Assembly (NCBI GenBank): GCA_963664705.1 | Contig: OY761556.1 | Coordinates: 4,704,001-4,768,000, forward strand | Length of the DNA stretch: 64,000 nucleotides | Reading direction: 5' to 3' | Source: Acidobacteriota bacterium | Lineage (GTDB): Bacteria > Acidobacteriota > UBA6911 | Shown: one piece after another, positions 9,476-21,196 of the stretch | Position numbering within the stretch: the first letter of the stretch is position 1 | Layout: each line of letters starts with the position of its first letter | Made by a program: the position numbers and the translations under genes | The notes under the pieces: model-generated | Told to the model about the DNA's origin: nothing | The model's database searches: none | What the model saw: only the letters and a program-made list of their open reading frames with translations

Positions 9476-10603
9476 TTAAGGACAATTGGTGCGAATAATC
9501 TGATATTTCGAGTCATATGCGGCGCGAATGTGCACGGGTTCCGTTAGCGGTACGCGGACGAGTGCTGCGCCCTTTTCATCCATGCCCGTTACGGTCTCGC
9601 CTTGCCGGGCCCATCGATGAATGATGCTTTCGGTGGAACCAAAGAGGCAGAGCAGTCCTGCAAGGTCCGCGTCCTTAGCGGCGGATCGATATGTCTTTCG
9701 TGCCGCGTCCACCCCCGGACCGAACATCTGCTTCAGAAACGGCATAGACACATGCAGTGGCGGGATGTAATAGATGTTCGGCTCCAGGCCAAATTGCGGG
9801 AAGAGCGGAAGCGCAACCTTGCGAATGTGTACCAGGTAGTCGATGGGGTTGTCGGCACGCGCTTTCCCCGGCTCCGAAATGAACCCGGACATTCGGATCT
9901 TCCCGATGCAATTTACAAAACACTGCGGCTGGAGGCCCTGTTCCCGTTTCGGGTAGCATGCAATACATTTTTCTCCGGTGCCGGTCATCGGGTTGAAAAA
10001 CGATTTTTTGTAGGGACAGGCCCTCAGGCATTCCTGGTATCCGCGGCATCGCCCCTGATCCAGCAACACGATTCCGTCTTCAGGGCGTTTATAAATCGAG
10101 CCGCGCGGACAGCCGGCCAGGCAGGCCGGGTAGGTGCAGTGATTGCAGATGCGCGCCAGATAAAAGAACCAGTTCATGTGCGGCAGTGAAAAGGCAGCGC
10201 CTTTATCCACCTGGCCCGTGCAATCATCTTCGCCTGTGTTGGGATAGGCATAATCATCCGACGTCGGTTTCCATCCGAGGATCCGCTCCCCTGCGGGCGC
10301 CGCTTCAAAAATCGTCTGGCCTTCGTACCGGCTTCCCTGCCACTTCTGACTGCCCAGCGATTCAAGCAGTTTCACGTCCCACGCCAGCGGATAGCTGCCG
10401 TACGGCTTGCTTTCAACGTTGTTCCAGAGCATGTATTCCTGGCCCACACCGGAGGTCCAGGTCGTCTTGCACGCCAGGGTGCAGGTCTGACACGCGATGC
10501 ATTTGTTAATGTCAAAGATAGCGGCAAACTGCTTTTGAGGACGGCTTTCCGGATACCAGTAAGACATCTGCCTGCCAATCTGCCAATTGTTGACCCGAGC
10601 CAT
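9476..10603 (-). CDS. nxrB: Nitrite oxidoreductase / nitrate reductase beta (Fe-S) subunit
   Basis: [49 protein letters not shown] and EKCIACYP motifs. Confidence 0.9.
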   Translation of the reverse strand: MARVNNWQIGRQMSYWYPESRPQKQFAAIFDINKCIACQTCTLACKTTWTSGVGQEYMLWNNVESKPYGSYPLAWDVKLLESLGSQKWQGSRYEGQTIFEAAPAGERILGWKPTSDDYAYPNTGEDDCTGQVDKGAAFSLPHMNWFFYLARICNHCTYPACLAGCPRGSIYKRPEDGIVLLDQGRCRGYQECLRACPYKKSFFNPMTGTGEKCIACYPKREQGLQPQCFVNCIGKIRMSGFISEPGKARADNPIDYLVHIRKVALPLFPQFGLEPNIYYIPPLHVSMPFLKQMFGPGVDAARKTYRSAAKDADLAGLLCLFGSTESIIHRWARQGETVTGMDEKGAALVRVPLTEPVHIRAAYDSKYQIIRTNCP

Positions 10604-10605
10604 GG

Positions 10606-13600
10606 TTATTCCTCCTTCGATCCGGTAATAAATTCCCCTGCCAGGTACCGGTTCATTGGCGAGGATTCATAGCGAGGCCGAATGCCGAGAGCTGCAGGCC
10701 GCCAAAGCCCCGTCTTATCAATTCCACCCGCTTCAGCTCGGGTGATTTTGACAATGGCTTCGCGGGGAGCCCCGGTCGGGCAATGCACATCCGGCAGGAA
10801 TCCTTTTCCGATGCCCTGCCCATACACTCCTTTTCTTACAAGTGAATCGGTCATCAGTGTCGGTTTGAGCCAGCCTCTCGTGGGCGACTGATGCGAGCCG
10901 GAGCGGAACATTGCCTGATAATTGGTCCTTGGGTTTTTGGCCAGACCATCCGCACGGTTTTTCTGACCCTCCACAGAGCCGGGCGTCGCACCATACATGT
11001 TGAACCACATGCGCGTGACACCTCGCGGCGTGCCCGGGTAATAGCGGGCGCGGCACAGGAGCCGGGCAAATTCCATATCACGCTTGTTATTCTGCCAGCC
11101 TCGGAAGGGCCGGTCTTCCGGATCGCCGTCAATCCAGACGTAATCGCCATCCTGTACTCCGAGTTCTCTGGCATCGGCCGGGTTGATATCCACATAACCC
11201 TCGGCCACGAAGGGACTGCGCTTGTCGCGTCGATAGACATCGCCAAACGGCCCAAAAAGAACCGCGATCATATCGGTATCGATAGGCGTGGTGTGGGCTC
11301 CGTGGCGAAACTTCGGCGTGTGGAATATGAATCGATATCCTTCCTGAATACGAGGGTGCGCGGATTTGCGCACTTCCTCCCAGGTCATAACCACATTCCT
11401 GCCGCAGCGCGTTTCGCACGAAAGGTCTGTGCGAGCCACGCCATAGGACTCCGGCCCGGCAGGTCGGATCGCTTCATGCCTGGGAGCGACAATCACATTG
11501 GGTTCATAGAAGGTGGAATCGACCGGTTCGCGATGAACAGGCAGGTTCTCGCCTGCCTCGATAAATTCATTTTCCTCCCGGTAAAACTCGAGTCGTCCGC
11601 TTTTGGTGTACCATGGCCGCGAATCCGCAATTTGCTCATACCCGACGGCCTTTGGCGTCGTCCGGCTATTCATCAGCGCGGGCACACCCTCCTTCGCTTT
11701 CGCTTCCAACTCGGCAAATTTGTATCCTTTCGTGTTGGTGGAGTGATCCAGCACGCGCTGGAGATAAACATCCGTGCGGCCTTCGCGAACAAACTTCCAG
11801 TAGTCATTGAAGCGATTGTCTCCGGTCAGCTCGGCCAGTTTCGAACCAACCAAGGCCAGGACCTCGATGTCTCCAATGGTATTGAAGATTCGCTTGAGCG
11901 GCGTTCGCGGAAAAACCTGGAGAAACGGATTCGTTACCGAAGCGGTCATATCGGGATGCTTGAGCTCTGACCATGAATCGACACCAAAGACAATATCCGC
12001 CCACTCGCAGGAGGTAGACCACCACCATTCATTGACCGCAACCATCTCAATGCGGGGAAGAACATTCACAACCGTGTTGTAATGCCATTTGACATTCCCC
12101 AGGATCGAGTTGGCGTTGGCAAACCACAACGACTTCGTAGGCGACGGCACATGTGTCGTCCCGGTGAGCACCTTTTTGCCGACGCGAAGAATGTGGTCCT
12201 CGTGGTTGTAATAGTGTGCGGATTCAGCCTTCCAGAGTTGGCGGGGGCGTGCCGGCTTCTGGGGATCCAATTCAATGTCAAAAGGATTTTCGTTGATGTA
12301 TTGCGGGGAGCCATTGAACAGTGAAACGCGATAATTGCCGGCATACGACCCGACATTCCCGCTGATCTTGCCCACATTCCCCGTAAGTGCAGCCAGTAGA
12401 AATATGTCCCGATCTTTGTTGTCGTTGTTGAAGAACTGATTGGGCCCCATGCCTATGGCAAAGAGCGTGGTCCCCGGCATTTTTGCGACATCGCGCGCAA
12501 GCGATTCCACGGCCTGCGCCGGAGCCCACGTCAGCTCCTCCACCGTTTTGGGGTCGAAATGCGCGGCATATTCACGCACCAGATCGAACACGGGCCGACA
12601 ACGGACCTTTTTTCCATCCGCCAGAGTTACTTCCACGGAACCATCCAGCCGCGCCTCCCCTACACCGGAGTTCTTGCCGACCATATCTCTGGTAAGAGGC
12701 TTGGGGGCACCGGACTTCATATCCCACCATACATAGTCTCCCCACTCGTCCCTGATTTTTTGCGGAACAATCATCTGGTCGTGAGTTTCGGGAGGAGGTT
12801 CTTTCTCTCCGGCTTTTAGTATTTTTGTGCTCTTCAATTCGGCGGAGGTCCCACCGAATACATCCTGAGCCCGCAGGTATTTCAATGTATCCATGCGAAC
12901 AAGAATCGGCAGATCCGTCCAGCGGCGAACATAATCCAGGTCATAGAGCTTCTCTCTCATGATGACGTGGGCAAGGCCGAGCGCGAGTGCCGGAGTGGTG
13001 CCGGGCCGAACGACAATCACATCGTCTCCCTTGCTCGCTGTAGCCGAGTATTCACAGGCAATAACCACAACCCGGACTCCCTTGAGCCGTGACTCCGTAA
13101 GCCAGTGGGCATCCGGCATTTTGGTGGCAATCCAGTTCATCCCCCATACCACAAGAGTCTTGCAGTGCTCTACCGCCGAAAGATCGAATTCAACCGTCTG
13201 CTGCCCGGTAACCATCGGGTGTCCCGGAGGCAAATCCGTATGCCAGGAATAATTGTCAAATCCCTTGCCCCCCTGTGCCGCGTCGGGACCGACCTTTCGA
13301 ATGTGCTCATCGAGCAGCGCGATTGAATTTGCCATTCGATACATGCCAAATACGCGGGTGATGCCCAGCAGAGGCATGCCGCCGCGGAATTTGAGCGCCT
13401 GTGTCCCAGCCCCTTTCATTGCGTCAATAGTCAGTTCATCGTAGTGCTGTGCTTTGAGTCTCCGCCTGCCTTCCTCCCCGCTGTAAGTCTGAGCAATGTT
13501 TTTGAGAGCAGCGGCCGCGATTTTGGCGGCTTCATCATGCGAGATCCGCACCCACTGATCCCGGCCGCGATTGAAGTATTTGCGCAACGGGAGCCCATCG

Positions 13601-14049
13601 CTTTCACGAGGAAACCCATCCTTGTACCATTGCTGGAATCCCGTGCGAACCATGCACTGGTTGACTCGGCGATCTCCATAGAACCTGCGCGTAAGAGCCA
13701 ACCCCTTTTGGCAGACACGCGGATCCCATCGGTTCGTAGTACGGTTTCCGGCAAGGTCGGTGGCCTCACCGTAGCGCATGGTCGGTCCAATACGGGTGAT
13801 AATCCCTTCGCGCACATAAGCATTGAGGATGCAGTTGTGTGTGTCATTGGGCGCGCACAGGAAAGTAAACTTCGAATCATATTTCCAAAGGTCCCGATAT
13901 ACGCGCTCCCAGCCGCGATCCGGATAGGAAGCCAGCGGGTTGGTGACGTTCTCGAGACCCCATGCCTCGCTGGCGGCGCTGACCAGTGCACCAAAGCCCA
14001 TGGCGGAAATCATCTCCAGGAATTCACGTCGCGGGATTTCACTTTTCAT
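10606..14049 (-). CDS. nxrA: Tat-exported nitrite oxidoreductase-like / periplasmic-facing nitrate reductase alpha (Mo-bisPGD) subunit
   Basis: 1147 aa; PRREFL twin-arginine signal; [18 protein letters not shown]0 motif; YSWHTDLP Mo-Asp motif. Confidence 0.88.
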   Translation of the reverse strand: MKSEIPRREFLEMISAMGFGALVSAASEAWGLENVTNPLASYPDRGWERVYRDLWKYDSKFTFLCAPNDTHNCILNAYVREGIITRIGPTMRYGEATDLAGNRTTNRWDPRVCQKGLALTRRFYGDRRVNQCMVRTGFQQWYKDGFPRESDGLPLRKYFNRGRDQWVRISHDEAAKIAAAALKNIAQTYSGEEGRRRLKAQHYDELTIDAMKGAGTQALKFRGGMPLLGITRVFGMYRMANSIALLDEHIRKVGPDAAQGGKGFDNYSWHTDLPPGHPMVTGQQTVEFDLSAVEHCKTLVVWGMNWIATKMPDAHWLTESRLKGVRVVVIACEYSATASKGDDVIVVRPGTTPALALGLAHVIMREKLYDLDYVRRWTDLPILVRMDTLKYLRAQDVFGGTSAELKSTKILKAGEKEPPPETHDQMIVPQKIRDEWGDYVWWDMKSGAPKPLTRDMVGKNSGVGEARLDGSVEVTLADGKKVRCRPVFDLVREYAAHFDPKTVEELTWAPAQAVESLARDVAKMPGTTLFAIGMGPNQFFNNDNKDRDIFLLAALTGNVGKISGNVGSYAGNYRVSLFNGSPQYINENPFDIELDPQKPARPRQLWKAESAHYYNHEDHILRVGKKVLTGTTHVPSPTKSLWFANANSILGNVKWHYNTVVNVLPRIEMVAVNEWWWSTSCEWADIVFGVDSWSELKHPDMTASVTNPFLQVFPRTPLKRIFNTIGDIEVLALVGSKLAELTGDNRFNDYWKFVREGRTDVYLQRVLDHSTNTKGYKFAELEAKAKEGVPALMNSRTTPKAVGYEQIADSRPWYTKSGRLEFYREENEFIEAGENLPVHREPVDSTFYEPNVIVAPRHEAIRPAGPESYGVARTDLSCETRCGRNVVMTWEEVRKSAHPRIQEGYRFIFHTPKFRHGAHTTPIDTDMIAVLFGPFGDVYRRDKRSPFVAEGYVDINPADARELGVQDGDYVWIDGDPEDRPFRGWQNNKRDMEFARLLCRARYYPGTPRGVTRMWFNMYGATPGSVEGQKNRADGLAKNPRTNYQAMFRSGSHQSPTRGWLKPTLMTDSLVRKGVYGQGIGKGFLPDVHCPTGAPREAIVKITRAEAGGIDKTGLWRPAALGIRPRYESSPMNRYLAGEFITGSKEE

Positions 14050-15701
14050 TTGCTTCCTCCTGCCCAGGAACGGATGTAGGCAACGATTGTTTCGATTTCA
14101 GATGGCGCCAGAGTCATCCTGGCCGGAGAGGGATTCAAAAATCCTTCCATGCTTGTTCCGCGTCGTCCTTTGCTGATGGTTTCAACCAGGTAGGTGTCGG
14201 TTGCATTGGTCAGAAGAACTGAATTATTCAGCGCAGGGCCTTCGCCCCCTTTCCCATCCTTGCCATGACATAAGGAACACGCTGAAATGAAGAGGCGCTG
14301 GCCGGCCGCGGCATCGCCGACAGCCCAGCGCGGCGGTTTTGGATCAGGTCGTATCTCTCCGCCACCTATTTGCCGCAGGTAATGAATGGCCTGAAAAATC
14401 TCTTCCTGTCTCAACCCTCCGTCTTTCTTTCCCCACGCCGGCATTTTCCTGCCGGGACGCCCCTGGGTTACGGTCTCGGTCAGAAACCCGTCCGACACAA
14501 GCGGCAGAAAATCGGGACTTCCAATGGCCGGAAACGTCTGACGGCCGGGAGCCCGTCTCCCCTGCCCGCGGTTGCCGTGGCAGCCGGCGCAGAATGCACC
14601 AAAAACGGTGAGGCCATCCGAAGCAAATTCTCTCTCTCCGAATTTCTCAATCCTGAGTCGGTCTTTTGGCAGGTAGGACCCGGGAAGCTCGCGCCGCCTC
14701 AAGCTGAGCGTATACAGGGTGAGCAGTTCTAAATCCTCATCCGCAATCGCGACCTGCGGCATCAACGACCCGGCAACAACAGCCGCCGGGGACTGAAAGT
14801 GATTTACGAACCAATTCTCAAGCGAATGTTTGCCTTGTACATTGGCAAAAGCTACCTGTCCCGGATCCTTTTCTCCGACTCGAGTGAGGTCGGGGCCCTC
14901 ATCTCCTCCTGTCCCGCTGACTTTGTGGCAACCCAGGCAGCCGCTCGATAGGAACAGCGCTTTTGCTTCCATCAGCCTGGGCGCGCCCATTTGTGCGGCG
15001 AGGTAAACGGAAACCAGGGAGAGGTCCCGGGCATCGATTGGCGCAAAGGCGGTATGCCACGGACCGGATGCAGCGCCGGCAGATTTTTCGAGGTGTTTTC
15101 GATACCAGTCTTTGTCGTATCCGGAAATGGCCGTACGCGAAAGATCCGGTCCTTCCATGCCAAAGCCATCGGGCCGAAGAACGCCTCCCCGCGAATCTAC
15201 TCGATGACAGGCAAGGCAATCCAGCCGTTCAAACGCGCCTCTTGCCTCCCTGAATAATTCACGATTCGGGATGCCTGGAATCGCGTGACAGGTACCGCAT
15301 CCGGCCTGGCTGAGATTCCTGGGAATCATCGGCTCAGGCCAGAAGTGCACTTCACCATGGGCATCGAGCTTCTCGGTTGCAGCACCCTGTCCCCCATGGC
15401 AAATCGTGCAGCCGAAATCCGCCGGGTCATGGACAACCGCTTTGTGAGATGCCAGAACCCCATTCCCACGAATCCCCTGTTCACTGGGATCCATGCCCAC
15501 ATGACAGGAAATGCATCGGTCGCTTGTCCGGAGTCCCTGGCTGACCACCTGGCGAATACGAACCTTTATGGGGCCGTCCTCAGACGAAGTCGCTCGTTGG
15601 ATCCCGCACCACTCCATGAAGATATCCTGTGTTGCCGCAACAACCAGCAGCAGCAGGACTCCAACACTCGAAAAGAGCAGCAGGTATTTGTTCTTGTTCA
15701 T
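14046..15701 (-). CDS. Membrane-anchored heptaheme cytochrome c (Rieske/cyt b complex c-subunit)
   Basis: N-terminal TM segment; CISCH, CTICH, CGTCH, CLACH, CLGCH, CAGCH, CSLCH; overlaps the nxrA start. Confidence 0.87.
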   Translation of the reverse strand: MNKNKYLLLFSSVGVLLLLVVAATQDIFMEWCGIQRATSSEDGPIKVRIRQVVSQGLRTSDRCISCHVGMDPSEQGIRGNGVLASHKAVVHDPADFGCTICHGGQGAATEKLDAHGEVHFWPEPMIPRNLSQAGCGTCHAIPGIPNRELFREARGAFERLDCLACHRVDSRGGVLRPDGFGMEGPDLSRTAISGYDKDWYRKHLEKSAGAASGPWHTAFAPIDARDLSLVSVYLAAQMGAPRLMEAKALFLSSGCLGCHKVSGTGGDEGPDLTRVGEKDPGQVAFANVQGKHSLENWFVNHFQSPAAVVAGSLMPQVAIADEDLELLTLYTLSLRRRELPGSYLPKDRLRIEKFGEREFASDGLTVFGAFCAGCHGNRGQGRRAPGRQTFPAIGSPDFLPLVSDGFLTETVTQGRPGRKMPAWGKKDGGLRQEEIFQAIHYLRQIGGGEIRPDPKPPRWAVGDAAAGQRLFISACSLCHGKDGKGGEGPALNNSVLLTNATDTYLVETISKGRRGTSMEGFLNPSPARMTLAPSEIETIVAYIRSWAGGSK

Positions 15702-15708
15702 GGCAGTC

Positions 15709-17262
15709 TCAGTGAGTGGGCCATTGAGATGGAGACCAGTAAAAAACCCAATTCGGTCCACGGAAGTAAGTGCCGATCAGGGTCAACACCAGGAATCCGC
15801 AGAGAAAACAGGTAAACAGGCCGAGTGCGCCGGCTCGGGTAGATTGAAAGCGCCTTATAAGCCAAATGGAATAAAGCGCATACAGCAGCGTGAGAACGGA
15901 CCCCGGGTTGAGGAATGTTATCAACAGCTGGGGAGCATGGGAAAACCACTCACGGATCCAGCCAAACCGGATGGCAATGGCCTCGATTCCGATGGCAAGC
16001 GCCAGCCCATAGGCGACAGAACCCAGCACCAGCCTCGCTCCATTGGGTCCGGCAAACCATTGGCCAGTGCCATCCTGCTCCCGCTCCAGAAATGGAATAA
16101 GCCCAAGGCCAAGCAATACGATCGCCGGGATGCCGAATCCCCCCATAAAGGCAGAGAAGGAAACCATCTCCTGAAGGCCAAGGAAATACCACGGTGCCTT
16201 GGCGGGATTTTCGGGAACTGCAGGGTTCGCCATTTCCTTGAGAGGAGCATCCCATACAATGGACAGAGCGAGACAGAGAAAGACCGTTAGCATCAGCACC
16301 GCCAGTTCCGCATAAAAAACATGAGGCATGGCAGGGATTGTGTTTTCAGGCCCATTTCCTACAGCCGGAGTGCGACCGCGGACAATAGCCGCCAGGTGGT
16401 AGGTTCGGCTGGGTGCTTCCGAAAAGACGGGATAGGTGCCTTCAGGCAACGGACCTAATCTTTGATCCGCATCCGCGGGGCGTGCCAACCCTCCATCTTT
16501 TCGAATGCGCCAGAAGTGAACTCCCATTAGAGCCGCAAGTGCCAGGGGAAGAATCATCACATGAAGCAGGTAAAAGCGAATGAGCGCGACCGGACCCACC
16601 ACATCCGAGCCCAAAAGCAGAAGACGCTGCATCTCGCCTGGATCAAACCATCCGGTAATTCCCAAGGCGTCCGTGACTTCTCTTGGGGACTGGGCAATAT
16701 TGGTGCCGATCGTAATTGCCCAATAAGCCAATTGGTCCCAGGGAAGCAGATATCCCGTGAACGACAATGCCAGCGTCACGACCAGCAGTCCCATGCCAAT
16801 CAGCCAGTTGAATTCCCTTGGCTTCCGATATGCCGCGGTAAAAAAGGTCCGAGCCATGTGGAGCAGTACCGCAATGACCATAATGTTCGCGGACCAGCGG
16901 TGAAGATTTCTTATGAATCTCCCGGTCGGCACAATGAAGTGGATGTCCTTGATCGACTGGTATGCAGCATCTGGGTAGGGCTTGTAGTAAAACATCAGAA
17001 GCACACCGGTCACAAACGCAATCAGGAAGGCGGCAGTACTGGCAATTCCGAATCCCAAAGTGGTGGTCCATCGGAGAGTCCACCGATGAACTCGCGTAGA
17101 GTGCAAATGCAGGAAGAGATTGCCAAATATGAAACTGGACCTGGTCCGGTCGGTAACAGGCTTTCCGCTTCGGAAGGCTGCCTCGATGATGCGCCGCGGC
17201 GTGGCCTTGAGATTATTCCAGATTTCGCTGAGGGCATTTACTGGCGGAGAGGTGGCGTTCAT
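15709..17262 (-). CDS. Cytochrome b subunit of Rieske/cytochrome b complex (b6 + subunit IV fused)
   Basis: [38 protein letters not shown] and PAKAPWYF (PEWY-equivalent) motifs. Confidence 0.92.
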   Translation of the reverse strand: MNATSPPVNALSEIWNNLKATPRRIIEAAFRSGKPVTDRTRSSFIFGNLFLHLHSTRVHRWTLRWTTTLGFGIASTAAFLIAFVTGVLLMFYYKPYPDAAYQSIKDIHFIVPTGRFIRNLHRWSANIMVIAVLLHMARTFFTAAYRKPREFNWLIGMGLLVVTLALSFTGYLLPWDQLAYWAITIGTNIAQSPREVTDALGITGWFDPGEMQRLLLLGSDVVGPVALIRFYLLHVMILPLALAALMGVHFWRIRKDGGLARPADADQRLGPLPEGTYPVFSEAPSRTYHLAAIVRGRTPAVGNGPENTIPAMPHVFYAELAVLMLTVFLCLALSIVWDAPLKEMANPAVPENPAKAPWYFLGLQEMVSFSAFMGGFGIPAIVLLGLGLIPFLEREQDGTGQWFAGPNGARLVLGSVAYGLALAIGIEAIAIRFGWIREWFSHAPQLLITFLNPGSVLTLLYALYSIWLIRRFQSTRAGALGLFTCFLCGFLVLTLIGTYFRGPNWVFYWSPSQWPTH

Positions 17263-17744
17263 AGCAGCACCTTCGTTCCGGCGGGAACGGTGGCGCCCTG
17301 ATCAACCAGCACTTTTCCCCCGGCCGCACTCACTTTGAGCCATGCCAGCGGTTTCGGCGCCGGACCTTTGGTCACGGATCCATCCGCAGCAAAACGAGAA
17401 CCGTGGCACGGACATTCAAATCCTTCTGCATTAATTTTTACAATGCAGCCAAGATGAGTACAGACCGTGGTGACAGCCCACGTCCCTTCCGAATCGCGGA
17501 ACAGCGCCACGGAGCGTCCCGGCGGCGAAAACGCCTGACCCGGCTGCAGCGCGTCGGGAAGGGCTACGCTGAATCGCTTGGAGGGAGCGGACAATATTGC
17601 GGCTTTGGGCAGACGTGCCATACCCAGGATGGCGAGGAAAAATGCTGTCCCCGCCGCCCAAAGAGACATGAGTCCAAGCATATCTCTTCTCGGTATTGGT
17701 TCCGGATCCAGACGTGAGTGGGCGGCTTTCGGTGTGGTGGTCAT
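17259..17744 (-). CDS. Rieske 2Fe-2S subunit, Tat-exported
   Basis: PRRDMLG signal; CTHLGC and CPCHGS motifs. Confidence 0.92.
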   Translation of the reverse strand: MTTTPKAAHSRLDPEPIPRRDMLGLMSLWAAGTAFFLAILGMARLPKAAILSAPSKRFSVALPDALQPGQAFSPPGRSVALFRDSEGTWAVTTVCTHLGCIVKINAEGFECPCHGSRFAADGSVTKGPAPKPLAWLKVSAAGGKVLVDQGATVPAGTKVLL

Positions 17745-19654
17745 GCGGACCTCCAATGAGCGGAAAAAACAACGCGTTCCATCGTAATCGCTTGTACCGG
17801 GCAACGGGCGACGCACAGCGCACACCGAATGCAGCGGTCTTCATCCTTCAGAATTGCGGAATTCTGCGAACGATCGGCATCAGGGCCTAGCAGGCTCTCC
17901 GTCATGGCATCCAGTTCGCTATCGTCGGAGAGCTGATCCATCGGCGTCAGCTTAAGGCACTGTGTTGGACAAACTTCCGCGCAGCCTCCGCAGAGCACAC
18001 ATCGGCTTCCATCAAACACAGGGGTCACGCCGCAATCAAGGCACCGGGAGGCCTCTTTGACAGCCTGCGGCTGCGTGTATCCCGTCTCCACAACAGTATC
18101 GGGGTGCATCATTCTTGCTTCCGGCAGGGCGATGGGAACAGGAGTGCGGCGCAGCGATTCATAGCCGTATTCACGCCGATAGCCTTCCTGAACAACGTGG
18201 CGGGTCAGGATTTCCGAATATAGCCTTCGTCCTGTGACATATTCATAGACAGAGCGGGCTGCAGCTTTCCCGGAAGCGACAGCATCGATCAACAATCGTG
18301 TCCCGTGTGCCAGATCACCGGCAACGAAAACACCCGGCGCGGTCGTAGCCAGGGTCGAGGGATTGATCCTGGGCCAACCGGGCCGATCCATCCCGACATC
18401 CGCACCTCCGTCATCGAGGAAAGACAGCATCGGTGTTTGGCCCACTGCAAGCAGCACCGTATCGCAGGAAATCGTTGCACGCTGGCTGTCGTCAAATACA
18501 GGGCTGAAGCGATGCTCGCTGTCGTACACTCTGACACACTTGCGAAAGACTACACCGGTCGGCAAGCCGGATTCGTTACGCTGAATCTCAACCGGTCCCC
18601 AACCATTCAAGCGCTCGATTCCCTCTTCATCTCCTTCAAGAATTTCAGCCGTATCGGCCGGCATTTCCTCCAGACCTTCAAGAGAAACCAGCCGGACTAA
18701 AGCCGTGGAGGCGAACCGCGCCGCGGTTCGTGCCGTATCGTACGCAATCTGTCGAAGAACGGTCCGGGCAACATCATAGGCAACGTTGCCGCCTCCGATC
18801 ACGACAACCTCTCTGCCGATCTCAAACGGAAGGTCCAAAGCCACGGCTCTTAAAAGATCTACGCCTCCAAACACGCCCGGCCCATGTTCTCCCGGAAGTC
18901 CAAGCCCACGCGATGACTTGGCACCAACCGCGATGATGACTGCCGAAAAATCTCTGCGTAAATCAGCAAAGCGGATATCGCTCCCAACTGTAATGCCGCA
19001 TCGGATGTCGACGCCCAAAGCCCGGATAACATCCACTTCCCGGGCTATCACAGCCGGAGGGAGGCGATAGCCGGGAACTCCCAACGCGAGCATGCCCGCA
19101 GGAATTCTTTCAGTTTCAAAAACGATCGGCCTGAAATTCAGCAGGGCCAGATCATGGGCTGCAGAAAGTCCGGCCGGTCCCGCCCCGATGATTGCTATCT
19201 TCTCGCCTGAGCCCGGTTTGATTTTCCCATCCAGGCCGGCCCGCAGCAGGCTCGCCATCTCTTCAGCATCGCCACAGACCGGAATCCCATGGAGTTGCGT
19301 CTGCCGCAGAACATCTTCACGAGACCCAGCCTTCATTCCAGCATGAGAACATGCAAAGCCTTTTAGTGCGCGGATCGAGAGGGGCCGATCGTTGGCCACA
19401 AAATGTCCGTCATCGTCGACACGCGGCACCTGTCCGCGACGGCAAGCCGCTTCGCAGGGCGCACCGCAAATCCGCCCGCAAATCGAGGCAAATGGATTCG
19501 GACCGCGCGCAATCCAATAGGCCTCCTCAATCCGTCCTTCGGCAATGGCGCGTACATAGCCCCGCGCATCCGTATGAACCGGGCATGCCACCTGGCAGGA
19601 AATCAGATCCCGATGATAGTTGTCTCCTGGAAGATGCGCCTTTAGTTTGGGCAT
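17741..19654 (-). CDS. NAD(P)H-binding FAD/Fe-S oxidoreductase (GltD/NfnB/DsrL-like) with C-terminal 2x[4Fe-4S]
   Basis: [47 protein letters not shown] and [12 protein letters not shown] motifs. Confidence 0.9.
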   Translation of the reverse strand: MPKLKAHLPGDNYHRDLISCQVACPVHTDARGYVRAIAEGRIEEAYWIARGPNPFASICGRICGAPCEAACRRGQVPRVDDDGHFVANDRPLSIRALKGFACSHAGMKAGSREDVLRQTQLHGIPVCGDAEEMASLLRAGLDGKIKPGSGEKIAIIGAGPAGLSAAHDLALLNFRPIVFETERIPAGMLALGVPGYRLPPAVIAREVDVIRALGVDIRCGITVGSDIRFADLRRDFSAVIIAVGAKSSRGLGLPGEHGPGVFGGVDLLRAVALDLPFEIGREVVVIGGGNVAYDVARTVLRQIAYDTARTAARFASTALVRLVSLEGLEEMPADTAEILEGDEEGIERLNGWGPVEIQRNESGLPTGVVFRKCVRVYDSEHRFSPVFDDSQRATISCDTVLLAVGQTPMLSFLDDGGADVGMDRPGWPRINPSTLATTAPGVFVAGDLAHGTRLLIDAVASGKAAARSVYEYVTGRRLYSEILTRHVVQEGYRREYGYESLRRTPVPIALPEARMMHPDTVVETGYTQPQAVKEASRCLDCGVTPVFDGSRCVLCGGCAEVCPTQCLKLTPMDQLSDDSELDAMTESLLGPDADRSQNSAILKDEDRCIRCALCVARCPVQAITMERVVFSAHWRSA

Positions 19655-19793
19655 TTTGGCGGAGCTCCAGGGCTTACCCTGATACGAAATAGCAGCATGC
19701 AAAACCGGTCCGGCATTTGTCTTGCTCCTTGGCTTTTTGCAGGATGTTTCAGCCAGTGTGACGGAAAAATAAGCCAACTCGCCTGTCGTGTAA

Positions 19794-19807
19794 TTGATCT
19801 GAATCAA
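19794..19807 (-). promoter_or_regulatory. Perfect FNR/CRP-family box upstream of the respiratory operon
   Basis: TTGAT-CTGA-ATCAA. On the minus strand it overlaps ATTACA, followed by 17 nt and TATTTT. Confidence 0.8.
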
Positions 19808-20102
19808 GTTTTTGAAAAAAACTATCTGCAGAACGGCAAAGCATGCCGGGCTGCCCGTGGCTGTGTTCCTGAGTCATTCCTGAGCTTTTGGGACAGGAAA
19901 TCGCATATACCAAAAGAATAGAATCCGATCATTTAGGACTTCAAGGGGGGATTTATTCGAAATTGATTCCAGGATTTTGCGTTTCTCATACGCTGTTGCT
20001 TTGCAATATCCACATTCCTGTTGAATCACTGGCGATTTGTTTGCTGTTGGAATATAGTCGCCTTCAATCACCAGATTATCCATTTATCAGCCGGGAGGAA
20101 CT

Positions 20103-20951
20103 ATGGTTCGTGCAATTGCAACGCTAGTCCTTATGTTCAGCATTGCATCCTTGCAGGCCGAGGCTGCGGGATGCACGCGCGCAAGCCTGCAGGGCGCCGT
20201 CAACAAATACCTGAATGCTCTGAAAAAGGGAAAGCCGTCAAAGATGCCGCTCGCCCCTCAGGCAAAGTACATCGAAAATCGGAAGGAAATCCCATTGGGG
20301 CAGGGCATCTGGCGTTCCCCGCTAGCAATCGATTTTGACCGCACCATGGCACTGGACGTAGACATCTGCGAGAGCTTTACAGAAATTATCACCGCCAAGA
20401 CTAAGCCGCAGTATGTCATCGGAACGAGATTGAAGGTCGCCAATGGTAAAATTGCGGAAATTGAAAGCCTCGTCAGTGCCAAAGACGACTGGGGCTTTGA
20501 TGCCGACAGCTATCTGAAATACTCCTCGATAGAAAAATGGGACATTATTGCCTCCGATAAGCGCACCGATCGTCCGACACTAACCAAAGTTGCCAGCGAT
20601 TACTTCGACATTTTCCAGGATTACTCTGCCTTCGACAAAATACCCTGGGGTATTCCTTGCGTCCGAATTGAAGGCGGCATGTATACGAATCCCAATAATG
20701 ATCCTAAACCGTCCTGTACACTGGGAGTTCCCAAAGGGGGCGGTGTCCCGATGACAAACCGTCGCTACATCGTCGATGTGGATCTGGGAACCGTTGTCGG
20801 CCAGGTGGATTTCGGAGGCCCCAAAGGTTTGTGGGATGCACACACTTTCCGGCTTGAGAACGGAAAGCTTCGTTACGTGCACGTGATTACGCTGTGCCCC
20901 GGCGGCTGCCCGAAAATTCCTATGCCCAAGGATGGTCGGCCCCCGCAATAA
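20103..20951 (+). CDS. Secreted hypothetical protein
   Basis: GGGAGG RBS, signal peptide, 282-aa ORF with paired Cys. Confidence 0.75.
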   Translation: MVRAIATLVLMFSIASLQAEAAGCTRASLQGAVNKYLNALKKGKPSKMPLAPQAKYIENRKEIPLGQGIWRSPLAIDFDRTMALDVDICESFTEIITAKTKPQYVIGTRLKVANGKIAEIESLVSAKDDWGFDADSYLKYSSIEKWDIIASDKRTDRPTLTKVASDYFDIFQDYSAFDKIPWGIPCVRIEGGMYTNPNNDPKPSCTLGVPKGGGVPMTNRRYIVDVDLGTVVGQVDFGGPKGLWDAHTFRLENGKLRYVHVITLCPGGCPKIPMPKDGRPPQ

Positions 20952-21001
20952 AAGCGCGCCCGATCCTGCGGCAACGAGCATTTCGCCGCAAGTCGCAAAA
21001 C

Positions 21002-21042
21002 CATCTGCAGGGGGGAGACGGCTCCGTCTTCCCCTGCAGATG
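21002..21042. terminator. Strong intergenic hairpin
   Basis: catctgcagggg..cccctgcagatg stem. Confidence 0.5.
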
Positions 21043-21196
21043 CCGGTACAGCCAATCGGCATTGGCAAACCTGTCCATTCAATTCCTGATATACCGCAAT
21101 TCCGTCACACATTGGCATGCAGATCGGCCCCGGAGGTGGTACCCTTTTTCGAAGTAGGACTCGTCTGTCGTTGGGCATGCAATTCAGGAAGGAAAG

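Noticed and set aside
19655-19807. N-terminal extension of the flavoprotein ORF (TTG start at 19807)
   Set aside because: It overlaps the FNR box and promoter; the ATG at 19654 with GGAG upstream is more plausible.
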